Shown: positions 1 through 13,300 of the stretch, piece after piece
Position numbering within the stretch: the stretch's first letter is position 1
Layout of the letters: every line of letters starts with the position of its first letter
DNA from: Neoechinorhynchus agilis
Taxonomy: Eukaryota; Animalia; Acanthocephala
Reading direction: 5' to 3'
Length of the DNA stretch: 64,000 nt
Assembly: GCA_051530055.1 (NCBI GenBank)
Contig: CM121343.1
Location: 6,294,389 to 6,358,388, forward strand
Made by a program: the position numbers and the translations under genes
The notes under the pieces: generated by a model
The model's database searches: none
Seen by the model: only the letters and a program-made list of their open reading frames with translations
Told to the model about the DNA's origin: nothing

Positions 1-10
1 TCATGGAAGC

Positions 11-3000
11 TTGGGTAAAACAGCCGCTAAAACTAAGAACGCTGAGATGATCGTTGATTGGTCCGTAGACAGCACTCTGATTCGCTGGCGTTACGACGAC
101 GAATATTTTGCAATTAATGGTTTAGATTCAAATGGTACGCGGAAGCTTTTCGTGTATGATCGTAATGGGATTCTTTACAGCCGCACGGATCAGATTTTTA
201 ATATGAGTCTAAGCACGTCAATGTGCTGGAAGCCGGACGGGGAGCATTTAGCTTGTGGAATCAAGGAATCAGGCGAATGGTTTATAGGATTTTTTGAGAA
301 AAATGGGTTGGAACACGGGGAACGATTAAAGCTGGATACGTACGCAGAAGCGATATCATCCGTAAATAATTTAAGCTACTCTTTATCAGGTGATTTATTG
401 GTTATTTGTATCGATCATCGAAAAGAAGAGAGTGGCGACCTCTTCAAATTAATTCTTCTTTTTCAGCGAACTAATTACAGTTGGTTTTGCAAGCAGCATT
501 GCTTCGAATGGGCTGACGGTCATTTGGTATTTGCATTCGACGACAAAAATCCACTTGCGTGCCATATAAGTGCACTTTCTAGTTCAAATAATCAGCTTTT
601 TTATGTTCGAACCGAGTACCAAATGGTTTACGATACTAGCGATGATATGCAACGACAAGTCGGTGTAGATAAGTGTTCTTAATTTTTTAATACTATTGAG
701 AACTACTTATTGTAATTAACGGAACAAAAATTGACGTTACTCCGTTCGGTAGCATGATAATACCGCCTCCCTACAGTGCTGGTTCCATACGAAACTTTAC
801 TGAATGTGTCAATGAAATACATTGGTGCCAATATTTGATCGCGATAACAGCCAATCTACGCCTTTATGTCTTTGGAAACGCTGGCTCACAGGGGACAAAA
901 GTTCAAAACACAGTAGGTTTTTACTTGAATGAACAAGTTTTTCAAACCGAGATAGAATATCCACACAAAGAAGAGCTTGAATTGAAGAACGACTTCCGTG
1001 ATATAATGAACATGGATTTTTTTAATTTTAATTTTTTCGTTTTACATGATCCGTCTTTTATCGACGCCGTCTGTTTATCTCAATGTAAAAAATTTAATGG
1101 ATATATCCATTTGAGACTTGAAATGAACAATGATACTGCCAAAATTAGAATTTATGATGTCAATATTTCGATATTGCACGATGATGAATGCGTTATTGAC
1201 ATGACCGTAAAGTAGCGATCCCTTCAATGGGATAACTTTTCGAAGAAATCGCTATCATAACTCCTAAATTAAATACTATTGTAATGTTAACATCGCAAAG
1301 ACGGTTGATAAACATTGACGATTACTTTAAGAATGATGAATTATGTGTTTCTAATGTAAATGCAAAATCTATATGCGTCGCCCAGAAACCGATTGACAGT
1401 CTACATTCTCGATCAGCTAATGGGGAAATTTTAATTTTCGGATTCAATCGAATGATAAACGAATTAGCTGTCTACTCTACAACTTACTGTCAATTGATCT
1501 ATTCAATCCATTGCCTAAATTACCATATTGATGACCACTACCTTTACGTTATAATTCGGAAGCCTATGGATGGTGCTCTGCACACCGGAGATGGACCAAA
1601 TCTTTACTTTAATTCCCTCGATGCCATATACCGATCTATTAAAGAGCCTTCGAAACTAAAAGGTCACAGTAGAGCCATAGAGCCAGGCAGTCAAATAATC
1701 ACGAGCGTAGGATCAGTGTACGACAAAGCAAGTGGAAGCGATCCGATTCATGTTCTACTTCAAATGCCACGCGGAAATATTGAACTTATAACTCCGAGAC
1801 CATTCGTTTTAAATCGAATTATAACATTGCTTGAACATCATGAATTTAAACTTGCGTTCGATCTTTCTAGTCGTCATCGAATTAATTTCAATGTTCTTTG
1901 TGATTACAACATAGATGATTTTCTGTCAAGTGCTGAACAATTCATTGATCAATTTGGTAATGCTTCAAATATTAATCAGTTTCTCACAACTTTGGAAAAT
2001 ACGAATTGTATAACCGACGGGATTTACTCCGATTTTATTTGTCGCCCATCTTCTTCAATGAAATTTGCTAACGAGAAAAAGGTCAAGTTAATTTGTGATA
2101 GGCTAAGCAGTGTAATTTCTAATTTAAAAAATCAAAGGTAAATTTACTCTTTTTTTATTTTAAAATTTTAATGCATCGATGTAGTGAAGAAAATGACATG
2201 TTATCTTGCTTAATTAATTGTGACATAATGGGCGCTACTGACTTGAATGTTGGTTTATCCAATGCGCTTTTGAGATTAAAAAAGTTGCACAATGATGGTA
2301 TTTTTAATGGTATGACTTTTCAATGCAAAACTATCGCTAATTTAGATAGAGCGCAGGATCAGGCCTTTAAAAGTCTGCTTCAATATGCGTTTTCCGCAAA
2401 CATAACTGCGGAAAATCTGTTTGACATCGCTCTTGGAAACTATGATCTTAATTTAACACTCATGGTATCTCAAAAAACCGGACAGGTATGTACTAATTTG
2501 TAAGCTATTTGATTTAAATTTTTAAAGAAAAGATCGAAATGTAAAAAATGGAATCGACTGTTTAGTTTTAAACTTTTACGTGAAAATTTATTTGAATTCT
2601 TTTGATAATTGCCAGATATAATAAATAATGGAGTTTATTTTTATTTGTAGAACATAATAAAGCACCAAACGTGCAATCACCACCGTCCGCAAAATTGGAG
2701 CTTCTCTCCTTCCTCGGCTGTCGCTATCACGCTGGCAGCATTGCCCCGTTGTACTGCAAGCGTGATATTTTGTCGAAGGAATACGCCTGCTCTTGAGTCT
2801 CCGGTTGCCTCTCTCAATTTCTTCGAGAGATCCTGGATTAGAGTGCCGGGCTGCCAAGCGCTCCATACGTCTCTACTCCGAAGGGGACCAAATAGTGGAT
2901 CCTTGCTAAATCCCTATATTTTCGTACCTTCCTCCCTTCCGCTGCACTGGCTGCACCTCCAGCGATTTCGAGAGAGTAGGGAATGTTGCTTACTGTGAGG

Positions 3001-5076
3001 ATGTCCACACACGTGGCGTCCCAGAGAAGTCATTTGCCCTCCCGCCATGGAATCACCGAAATTCAGTCAGGTCGACGACCGTCTAGTCCCAAGATGTCGG
3101 GGAAGCTCGCCGTTCTCAGCGCCCGAGGAATTACGCTATAGGTCCCAGAATTTCCCGAAAGCATCACCCAAAGACGTAGATCGACAGCGGTGGGGCGTGC
3201 ATATCGGGAGACCAATTCTTAAGAACACTGCGATCCTCGTTACCTCATCAGTAAGAAGATTTCCCAAATATGCCCGAGGAACAGCGTCCAGCCACGCCCA
3301 CTTTTATTTAGAAGCGATTTTTTAGATGCTAAGAAAGTTTTATTCATGCCTTTCGTAATATCAATGAAAGTTAAATAAATTACCCTTAGAACATTCGAAA
3401 TTTTTCACACCCCTTGGTCTCCTAGACCGAGGAACTCTTCATTAAAGATCCATGTTGTACGATTGAAGGGATTCTCGTCAGCCGGAACGATTGAAAGTTT
3501 AAAACAATTTATAGAATTTCGTGCATTGAATCCTAATTAATCCATTGGAATAGTAAATTTTGGCTTGTGGTGAAGATACTCCCGGTTAGAAATCATTTTA
3601 TTGTAATGAAATATTTTGCGAGCACGAATTTTGAACAAAGTTTTTCTTGAACTAAGAGACCACCATTAGACCGAAACATTTCGAAATTGCTTTTGTATTG
3701 AAACGATCTAAATAATGTTTATATTTACACCTTATATGATTGCCTTAACCAACGTAGGATCCAAAAACTGCACTTCAAATACTGAACAGATTCAAAGAAT
3801 ATCAGAAAAGTAAAGGACAATTATATATGAACTACCAAATAGATTTATATCTTCATCATTTTTTGGATGGCTTACACAATATTCTAGCTGTTCGAAAAAC
3901 CGTTGGAACTAATGAATATGACGACGAGATCGTTAAGTTCGTCAAACGGCATGCATTGTATAAAGAATGTTTGACAAATCTTGCACTTTGTGATGAGCTA
4001 CATGTTTTTCCAATCAGGGTTAACAATGATTTGTTTAAAATGATCTCTCAAACTTGCAGTTATGAATCGAGTATGGGAAAAAGCTTTATACTGGGACTCA
4101 TGACTTTTACTCGGAAGCTATTATTTCCACTCAAAAGACGCCTCCAATACCCTTTTCTGATCGATATTTAAGTGCCGGTCTTGTTCTTCTGAGGGCTAAT
4201 CTAAAGAGTGGAGCAGTTGCTTGTTTCGAAAAGTCGGATAATCCGAGTGCTGCGAAGTGGATGAGCACTTTACCTGAAGAAGACAATAGAACTGTCGATT
4301 TTTCAATGAGTAATTTGATGTCGACTGACTTGGGTACGGTTAGATCTGCGTTATCTGATCCCGTATTCTCTGATAAACTAAAATGTATTCTTATGAAGGA
4401 GATGGACGATATGAAGGCGGAAATCGTGAATTTATCGAAAGAGCTAAATCGGCTAAATGCTCGGGTAAATCATCTGCGCGATCAAAAGTTAGATACGATG
4501 AAACAAAGTATTGACAGTGCAGCGGACAATGGTGATTGGCTATTTCGAATTAGCGATGATTTCGATGTGGCATCTTCATCGTGTGGTTCAACATCAACCT
4601 CTTCAACACAGCTAACGTCAATAACTGCGCGAAATAGGCGACGCAAGGAAAAGAAAAAAGAGAAAATGAGAAAGCGCCTAACTAATTTGATGGAAGGATC
4701 AAAATTTGAGGATATTGCTATCGTTACTGGTCCTATTTATGATTGTCTGGTGAAAATTGATAATATTGCTAAGAGTAGCCGCTTACTTTGCGAACTATTG
4801 AGCGTCTTCTGGTGCAACGATGAAGCTGTGGGTCTTTTGGAAGAAAGTATGGCGAGTCTTCGAATTTTAGCTCTTTCCGTAGCTGAAAACGGTTGGATGA
4901 TGGACACTGATGAACAAAACGAAGACGAACTTGCACGAATTAGCGAAGATTCCATAATACAAATGGCTAGAAGGAAAATGCTTCTTGATTTTTATAGCCA
5001 TTTAAGGTTTATTGATCCTACTCGAAGATTTCCTCGTTTGATTAATCAAACAAGCAACGTTGTTATTTTAAAATAA
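11..5076 (+). CDS. ELP1: Elongator complex protein 1 (IKI3/IKBKAP), multi-exon, 5' end outside window
   Basis: Recognisable ELP1 motifs across successive ORFs: VING..DVTPF...IIPPP, VLLQMPRGNIELITPR, ...SQKTGQ|DPKTALQ (intron 2488-3758, gtatgt..cgtag), and C-terminal SSS..T.RNRRRKEKKK...EGSKFEDIAI. An apparent 1-nt frameshift lies at the A5 run 4078-4082. Not all exon boundaries were resolved. Confidence 0.9.
2645..3325 (-). mobile_element. CRE-clade (RLE-type) non-LTR retrotransposon 3' fragment, degenerate, in ELP1 intron
   Basis: Minus strand encodes WLDAVP..LGNLLTDE..RIAV.LRIGLP.CTPHRC, LWDATCVD and ...TGDSRAG.FLRQ.I...VQRGNAASV with stops and frameshifts. This is a Zn-knuckle plus restriction-like endonuclease C-terminus. 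Confidence 0.8.
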
Positions 5077-5373
5077 GAAAAAATGTTTCCGGTCACCGAG
5101 TTTACTGATTTTTGCCATTTGAGTAGCCTGTTTTGTACCGGTTTTTGGGGATTTGCTGTTTAATGTTTTAAGTAAGCGCGGTCGTATATCAGCCGTTGAT
5201 CGTTTTGCAGCATCGTGTATGTTATATAGATCGTTGCGTTTTTTCAACCCTTTGGATGCAGGATCTTCCACTCAAATTCATAACGATTTTGTTCAATAAT
5301 CGTTAAAAAATAAGAAAATGGTGTTTTACGCTAAGTTTGTTTTTAAGACTCATGATTTGAGAATTCTCAAAAT

Positions 5374-7367
5374 TCAAGAAGGATTATGTAAACACGTTTT
5401 ATTAATGTAAGAAAAGCACGATCCACACACTTGCCAGCATCTATCTTTGCTGAAGGTGTCTGGATGACGGATGTTGAAGGCAAGGGAGGTGGGACTTGTC
5501 TTTGAAGGAGTGTTAATGTGCGATCGGAGGCTTTGTACAGGAGATGACCGATTAGGAGTCTTTCCTTGTTCTCCGGTTATTAAGGAAAGATTGGGCTTGG
5601 GGGAGGAAAGATTTTTGGTAGAGGGAGGTACGAGCGAGGGGGGATGAAAACGGGTGTTTACGAGGGAAGAGTATTTAGAGATGAAGGAAGAAAATCGTGG
5701 AGTGGGTAGAAGACGGAGGGCGTTTTTGGAGAAAATGGAGTGGAGGTGGACGTCGAGGGGAGGGAGTGAAGTTCCGCATATTCTCGCTGCTCTCTTGTGG
5801 AAGGTCTCGAAGGAATGGAGAGCATTGGGGGAGAGGGCGAGGAAAGCGGGGAAAGCGTATGTAAGGATAGGAAGGATGGCAGAGAGATAAAAGTGAGCAA
5901 GGTATTTAGGGAATACGCCGTGACGCCGGAGGAGTTTGCGAAGGTAAAGACGAGGGTTTGCTTTAGAGAATGTAAATGAAATGTGGGCATTCCATTTAAG
6001 GTTTTCTTGTAAAATCACGCCCAGAATTCGGAGAGAAGAGGAGCGTTGGATGGGTAGAGGGAGAAGCGCGGGGAGAAGATTGCGTTTGGAAATGTGGGGG
6101 GCAAGCTCAAAAGATTTGGATAAATTTAGGGAGAGGTTTAGGGTGGAGAGCGAGGAAATGAGATGGTTGAGCTCGTCCATGGTTGTGGAGAGGGAGGGAG
6201 ATGCGATGGTAATGACTGTGAGGTCATCTGCATAAAGAAAATATTTGGTAGTGGGAGTGAGGGGATGAAGGTCATTTAGAAAAATGTCAAAGAGGAGAGG
6301 GGAAAGTACGGCGCCTTGGGGGACCCCTTTTAAATATGGGCAGAGAGGAAGAACATGAAGCTCCACATTGGATATATTGTTCGCGGTTGGAGGAAAGAGG
6401 AAATCCAAGCGAGTTGCCAGGTTTGGAGGCCAAAGGAAGCACATGATTGGAGGAGAAGGGAGTGATCTACCGACTCGAACGCCCTGGAAATATCCAGTTG
6501 CACGAGACGGACGGTTGATGCTGGACTGGAATCTAAGCTGCGCACAAGCGTATCGTAGATGCAGAGGAGGGCATCAGAACAATAGTAATTGGGACGGAAA
6601 GCGAATTGGGAAGGGGAGATGTTTTTGAGGAAGAAGGGAAGTAGGCGGGTTTTAAAACATTTTTCTAAGATTTTAGAGAAAGGTGAGAGGATAGAGATGG
6701 GACGAAAGGATGTGGGGAAATCCGTTTATTGTTTTTGGTTAGGGGGACGACCCGCGCTTCCTTAAGACACGATGAGAAAGAGCCCAATAGAAAGCTAAGG
6801 TTCGTTATGCGCGTTAGAGGATCGATAAGTTCCGGGATGATGAAACGAATGGCCCAATTTGGGATAGTCGAATTAGGGGAAGAATGGCGGGACAGGCGTT
6901 TAAGGATCTCTAAGATTTCGAGAGGGGAAACTATGGAAGGGCACGTATGAATGGGCGGGTCAGAAAGTGAGAACGGAGGTTGGGACAATAGATGGGAGGT
7001 TTGGGGAGGACAGAGGTTTTTATTCATGGTGTTAAGGATTGAGAGGAGATGGGATTTAAGGAGAGACGCGAAGGAGGTGGAGCTACCAAGACCAGTGACA
7101 TTTTTTATTTCACGCCACCAGTTTAGATTGGGAACGGACGAGAGACGAGATGATAGGAATAATTTGCGGGCTATACGGATGCGTTTTGTCAGTTTGGAGT
7201 AGAGGGAAGGGTAAGCAGGATTACCTGGCCGCAAAGCCTTGGTGACCTGGATTTGAAGGGTTTTTAGAAAAGGCGAGAACCATGGAGGATCGCGGTTCGA
7301 TATTCGTATTGTTTTGCAAGGAAAGGAGGTCTTCATCGCAGATTCTATTAGATTTAACAAAGAGCCC
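5374..7367 (-). mobile_element. 5'-truncated, frameshifted LINE (CR1/L2 group) ORF2 fragment, copy 1
   Basis: DPPWF..LK linker, LKEARVVPL.K, LDISRAFESVDH, GVPQGAVLSPLLF, YADD and LGV.L...LKWNAHI...KAN.RLY.LRKL, spread over three frames. No APE domain. AATAAA lies about 25 nt from the 3' end. Confidence 0.9.
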
Positions 7368-10300
7368 AACTCCGGATCCGTCATCCACACCAGATCCGCC
7401 ATCCACTCCGGATCCGTCATATACGCCGGATCCGTCAGCCACACCGGATCCCCCATCCACTCCGGATCCGTCATATACTCCGGATCCGTCATCCACACCT
7501 AATCCGCCACCCACACCAGATCCGTCATCCACACCGGATCCCCATCCACTCCAGATCCGTCATATACGCCGGATCCGTCATCCACACCTAATCCGCCACC
7601 TACACCAGATCCGCCATCCACTCCGGATCCGTCATATACGTCGGATCCGTCACCCACACCGGATCCGTCATCCACACAGGATCCGTCATCCACTCCGGAT
7701 CCGTCATATACGCCGGATCCGTCATATACGAGGGATACGTCATCCACACAGGATCCGTCATCCACAACGGATCCGTCATATACGCCGGATCCGTCATCCA
7801 CTTCGGATCTGCCATCCACACAGGATCCGCCATCCACTCCGGATCCGTCATATAAGCCGGATCCGTCATCCGCACCAGATCCGTCATCCACACCTAATCA
7901 GCCACCCACACCAGATCCGTCATCCACACAGGATCCGTCATATACGCCGGATCCGTCATCTACACCAGATCCGTCATCCACACCTAATCCGCCACCCACA
8001 CCAGATCCGTCATCCACACCGGATCCCCCATCCACTCCGGATCCGTCATATACGCCGGATCCGTCATCCACACCTAATCCGCCACCTACACCGGATCCGT
8101 CATCCACTCCGATCCGTCATATACCCGGATCCGTCATATACGCCGGATCCGTCATCTACACCAGATCCGTCATCCACTCCGGATCCGTCATATACGCCGG
8201 ATCCTTCATCCACACCGGATCCGTCATCCACTCCGCATCCGTCATCCACACCTAATCCGCCACCCACACCAGATCCGCCATCAACTCCGGATACGTCATA
8301 TACGCCGGATCCGTCTTCTACACCAGATTCGTCATCCACTCCGGTTCCGTCATATACGCCGGATCCGTCATCCACACCTAATCCGCCACCTGTTGTGGTT
8401 TTGTTCACCCAGATCCGCCATCAACTCGGTCGTCATATACGCCGGATCCGTCTTCTACACCAGATTCGTCATCCACTCCGGTTCCGTCATATACGCCGGA
8501 TCCGTCATCCACACCTAATCCGCCACCCACGCCAGATCCGTCATCCACTCCGGATCCGTTATATACGCCGGATCCGTCATCAACACCTAATCCGCCATCC
8601 ACTCCGGATCCGTCGTATACGCCGGATCCGCCATCCACACCGGATCAGTCATATACGCCGAATCCGTCATCCACACCGGATCCGTTATCCACTCCGGGTC
8701 CGTCATATACGCCGGATCCATCATCCACACCGGATCCGCCATCCACTCCGGATCCGTCATTCACACCGGATCCGCCTTCCACTCCGGATCCGTCATATAC
8801 GCCGGATCCTTCATCCACACCGGATCCGTCATTCACACCGGATCCGCCTTCTACTCCGGATCCGTCATATACGCCGGATCCGCCATCCACTCCGGATCCG
8901 TCATCCATTCCGGATCCGTCATATACGCCGGATCCTTCATCCACACCGGATCCGTCATCCACTCCGGATCCGTCATATACGCCGGATCCGTCATCTACAC
9001 CAGATCCGTCATCCACTCCGGATCCGCCATATACGCCGGATCCGTCATCCACACCGGATCCGTCACCCACACCGGATCCGTCATCCATACAGGATCCGTC
9101 ATCCACTCCGGATCCGTCATATACGCCGGATCCGTCATATACGAGGGATACGTCATCCACACATGATCCGTCATCCACACAGGATCCGTCATCCACTCCG
9201 GATCCGCCATCAATTCCGGATCCGTTATATACGCCGGATTCGTCATCCACGACGGATCCGTAATATACGCCGGATCCGTCATCCACTTTGGATCTGTCAT
9301 CCACACACGATCCGTCATCCACTCCGGATCCGTCATATACGCCGGATCCGTCATCCACACCGGATCCGTCATATACGCCGGATCCGTCATCCACATCAGA
9401 TCCGTCATCCACACAGGATCCGTCATATACGCCGGATCCGTCATCTACACCCGATCCGTCATCCACACCTAATCCGCCACCCACACCAGATCCGTCATCC
9501 ACACCGGATCCCCAATCCACTCCGGATCCGTCATCCACACCTAATCCGCCACCAACACCAGATCCGTCATCCACACCGGATCCCCCATCCACTCCTGATC
9601 CGTCATATACGCCGGATCCGTCATCCACACCTAATCCGCCACCTACACCAGATCCGCCATCCACCCGGATCCGTCATATACGCCGGATCCGTCATCTACA
9701 CCAGATCCGTCATCCACACAGGATCCGTCATATACGCCGGATCCGTCATCTACACCCGATCCGTCATCCACTCCGGATCCGTCATATACGCCGGATCCGT
9801 CATCTACACGGGATCCGCCATCCACTCTGGATCCGCCATCAACTCTGGATCGGCCATCCACTCCTTATCAGTCAACGCCGTATCCGTCATCCACACCAGA
9901 TCCGTCATCCACTCCGGATCCGTCGTCCACTCCGGATCCGTCATCCACACCTAATCCGCCACCCACACCAGATCCGTCATCCACACCGGATCCCCCATCC
10001 ACTCCGGATCCGTCATATACGCCGGATCCGTCATCCACACCTAATCCGTCATCCACACCTAATCCGCCACCCACACCAGATCCGTCATCCACTCCGGATC
10101 CGTCATATACGCCGGATCCGTCATCTACACCAGATCCGCCATCCACTCCGGATCCGTCATATACGCCGGATCCGTCATCCACACCAGATCCGTCATATAC
10201 GCCAGATCCGTCATCAACACCGGATCCGTCATCCACTCCGGATCCGTCATATACGCCGAATCCGTCATCCACTCCGGATCCGTCATCCACACCTAATCCG

Positions 10301-13300
10301 CCACCCACACCAGATCCGCCATCAACTCCGGATCCGTCATATACGCCGGATCCGTCATCTACACCAGATCCGTCATCCACACCGGATCCGTCATATACGC
10401 CGGATCCGTCATCCACTCCGGATCTGTCATCCACACACGATCCGTCATCCACTCCGGATCCGTCATATACGCCGGATCCGTCATCCACACCGGATCCGTC
10501 ATATACGCCGGATCCGTCATCTACACCCGATCCGTCATCCACACCTAATCCGCCACCCACACCAGATCCGTCATCCACACCGGATCCCCCATCCACTCCG
10601 GATCCGTCATCCACACCTAATCCGCCACCAACACCAGATCCGTCATCCACACCGGATCCCCCATCCACTCCGGATCCGTCATATACGCCGGATCCGTCAT
10701 CCACACCTAATCCGCCACCTACACCAGATCCGCCATCCACCCGGATCCGTCATATACGCCGGATCCGTCATCTACACCAGATCCGTCATCCACACAGGAT
10801 CCGTCATATACGCCGGATCCGTCATCTACACCCGATCCGTCATCCACTCCGGATCCGTCATATACGCCGGATCCGTCATCTACACGGGATCGGCCATCCA
10901 CTCTGGATCCGCCATCAACTCTGGATCGGCCATCCACTCCTTATCAGTCAACGCCGTATCCGTCATCCACACCAGATCCGTCATCCACTCCGGATCCGTC
11001 GTCCACTCCGGATCCGTCATCCACACCTAATCCGCCACCCACACCAGATCCGTCATCCACACCGGATCCCCCATCCACTCCGGATCCGTCATATACGCCG
11101 GATCCGCCATCCACACCTAATCCGTCATCCACACCTAATCCGCCACCCACACCAGATCCGCCATCCACTCCGGATCCGTCATATACGCCCGATCCGTCAT
11201 CTACACCAAATCCGTCATCCACTCCGGATAGGTCATATACGCCGGATCCGTCATCCACACCAGATCCGTCATATACGCCAGATCCGTCATCAACACCGGA
11301 TCCGTCATCCACTCCGGATCCGTCATATACGCCGAATCCGTCATCCACTCCGCATCCGTCATCCACACCATCCGCCACCACCCAGATCCGCCATCAACTC
11401 CGGATCCGTCATATACGCCGGATCCGTCATCTACACCAGATTCGTCATCCACTTCGGTTCCGTCATATACGCCGGATCCGTCATCCACACCTAATCCGCC
11501 ACCCACGCCAGATCCGCCATCAACTCCGGATCCGTCATATACGCCGGATCCGTCGTCTACACCAGATTCGTCATCCACTTCGGTTCCGTCATATACGCCG
11601 GATCCGTCATCCACACCTAATCCGCCACCCACGCCAGATCCGTCATCCACTCCGGATCCGTTATATACGCCGGATCCGTCATCTACACCTAATCCGCCAC
11701 CCACACCAGATCCGCCATCCACTCCGGATCCGTCGTATACGCCGGATCCGCCATCCACACCGGATCAGTCATATACGCCGAATCCGTCATCCACACCGGA
11801 TCCGTTATCCACTCCGGGCCCGTCATATACGCCGGATCCATCATCCACACCGGATCCGCCATCCACTCCGGATCCGTCATTCACACGGGATCCGCCTTCT
11901 ACTCCGGATCCGTCATGTACGCCGGATCCGCCATCCACTCCGGATCCGTCATCCATTCCGGATCCGTCATTCACTCCGGATCCGTCATCCACTCCGGATC
12001 CGTCATATACGCCGGATCCGTCATCTACACCAGATCCGTCATCCACACCGGATCCGTCATATACGCCGGATCCTTCATCCACACCGGATCCGTCATTCAC
12101 ACCGGATCCGCCTTCTACTCCGGATCCGTCATATACGCCGGATCCGCCATCCACTCCGGATCCGTCATATACTCCGGATCCGTCATATACGCCGGATCCT
12201 TCATCCACACCGGATCCGTCATCCACTCCGCATCCGTCATCCACACCTAATCCGCCACCCACACCAGATCCGCCATCAACTCCGGATCCGTCATATACGC
12301 CGGATCCGTCTTCTACACCAGATTCGTCATCCACTCCGGTTCCGTCATATACGCCGGATCCGTCATCCACACCGGATCCGTCATATACGCCGGATCCGTC
12401 ATCCACTCCGGATCTGTCATCCACACACGATCCGTCATCCACTCCTGATGTCTACGCCAGATCCGTCATCCACACCAGGTCCGTCATCCACTCCGGGTCC
12501 GTCATATACGCCGGATTCATCATCCACACCGGATCCGTCATCCACACAGGATCCGTCATCCACACCGGATCCGCCATCCACTCCGGATCCGTCATGTACG
12601 CCGGATCCGTCATCCACACCGGATCCGTCATCCACCCCGGATCCGTCATATACGCCGGATCCGTCATCCACATCAGATCCGTCATTCACCGGATCCGTCA
12701 TATACGCCGGATCCGTCATCTACACCAGATCCGTCATCACTCCGGATCCGTCAATACGCCGGATCGTCATCCACACCTAATCCGCCACCCACACCATGCA
12801 TCACTCCGTCCTATACGCCGGATCCGTCATCCACACAGGATCCGTCATCCACACCGGATCCGCCATCCACTCCGGATCCGTCATGTACGCCGGATCCGTC
12901 ATCCACACCGGATCCGTCATCCACCCCGGATCCGTCATATACGCCGGATCCGTCATCCACATCGATCCGTCATCCACACAGGATCCGTCATATACGCCGG
13001 ATCCGTCATCTACACCGGATCCGTCATCTACTCCGGATCCGTCATATACGCCGGATCCGTCATCCACACCTAATCCGCCACCCACACCAGATCCGCCATC
13101 AACTCCGGTTCCGTCATATACGCCGGATCCGTCATCCACACCTAATCCGCCACCCACACCAATCCGCCATCAACTCCGTCCGTCATATACGCCGGATCCG
13201 TCATCCACACAGGATCCGTCATCCACCCGGATCCGCCATCCACTCCGGATCCGTCATGTACGCCGGATCCGTCATCCACACCGGATCCGTCATCCACCCC

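Noticed and set aside
3236-3255. CTGATGAG (minus strand) as a hammerhead
   Set aside because: It is the L-T-D-E coding sequence of the CRE fragment, with no stem II or GAAA partner.
5654-7202. Short plus-strand Glu/Arg/Gly-rich ORFs (and their duplicates at 16829-18389)
   Set aside because: Antisense by-products of the pyrimidine-rich LINE sense strand.
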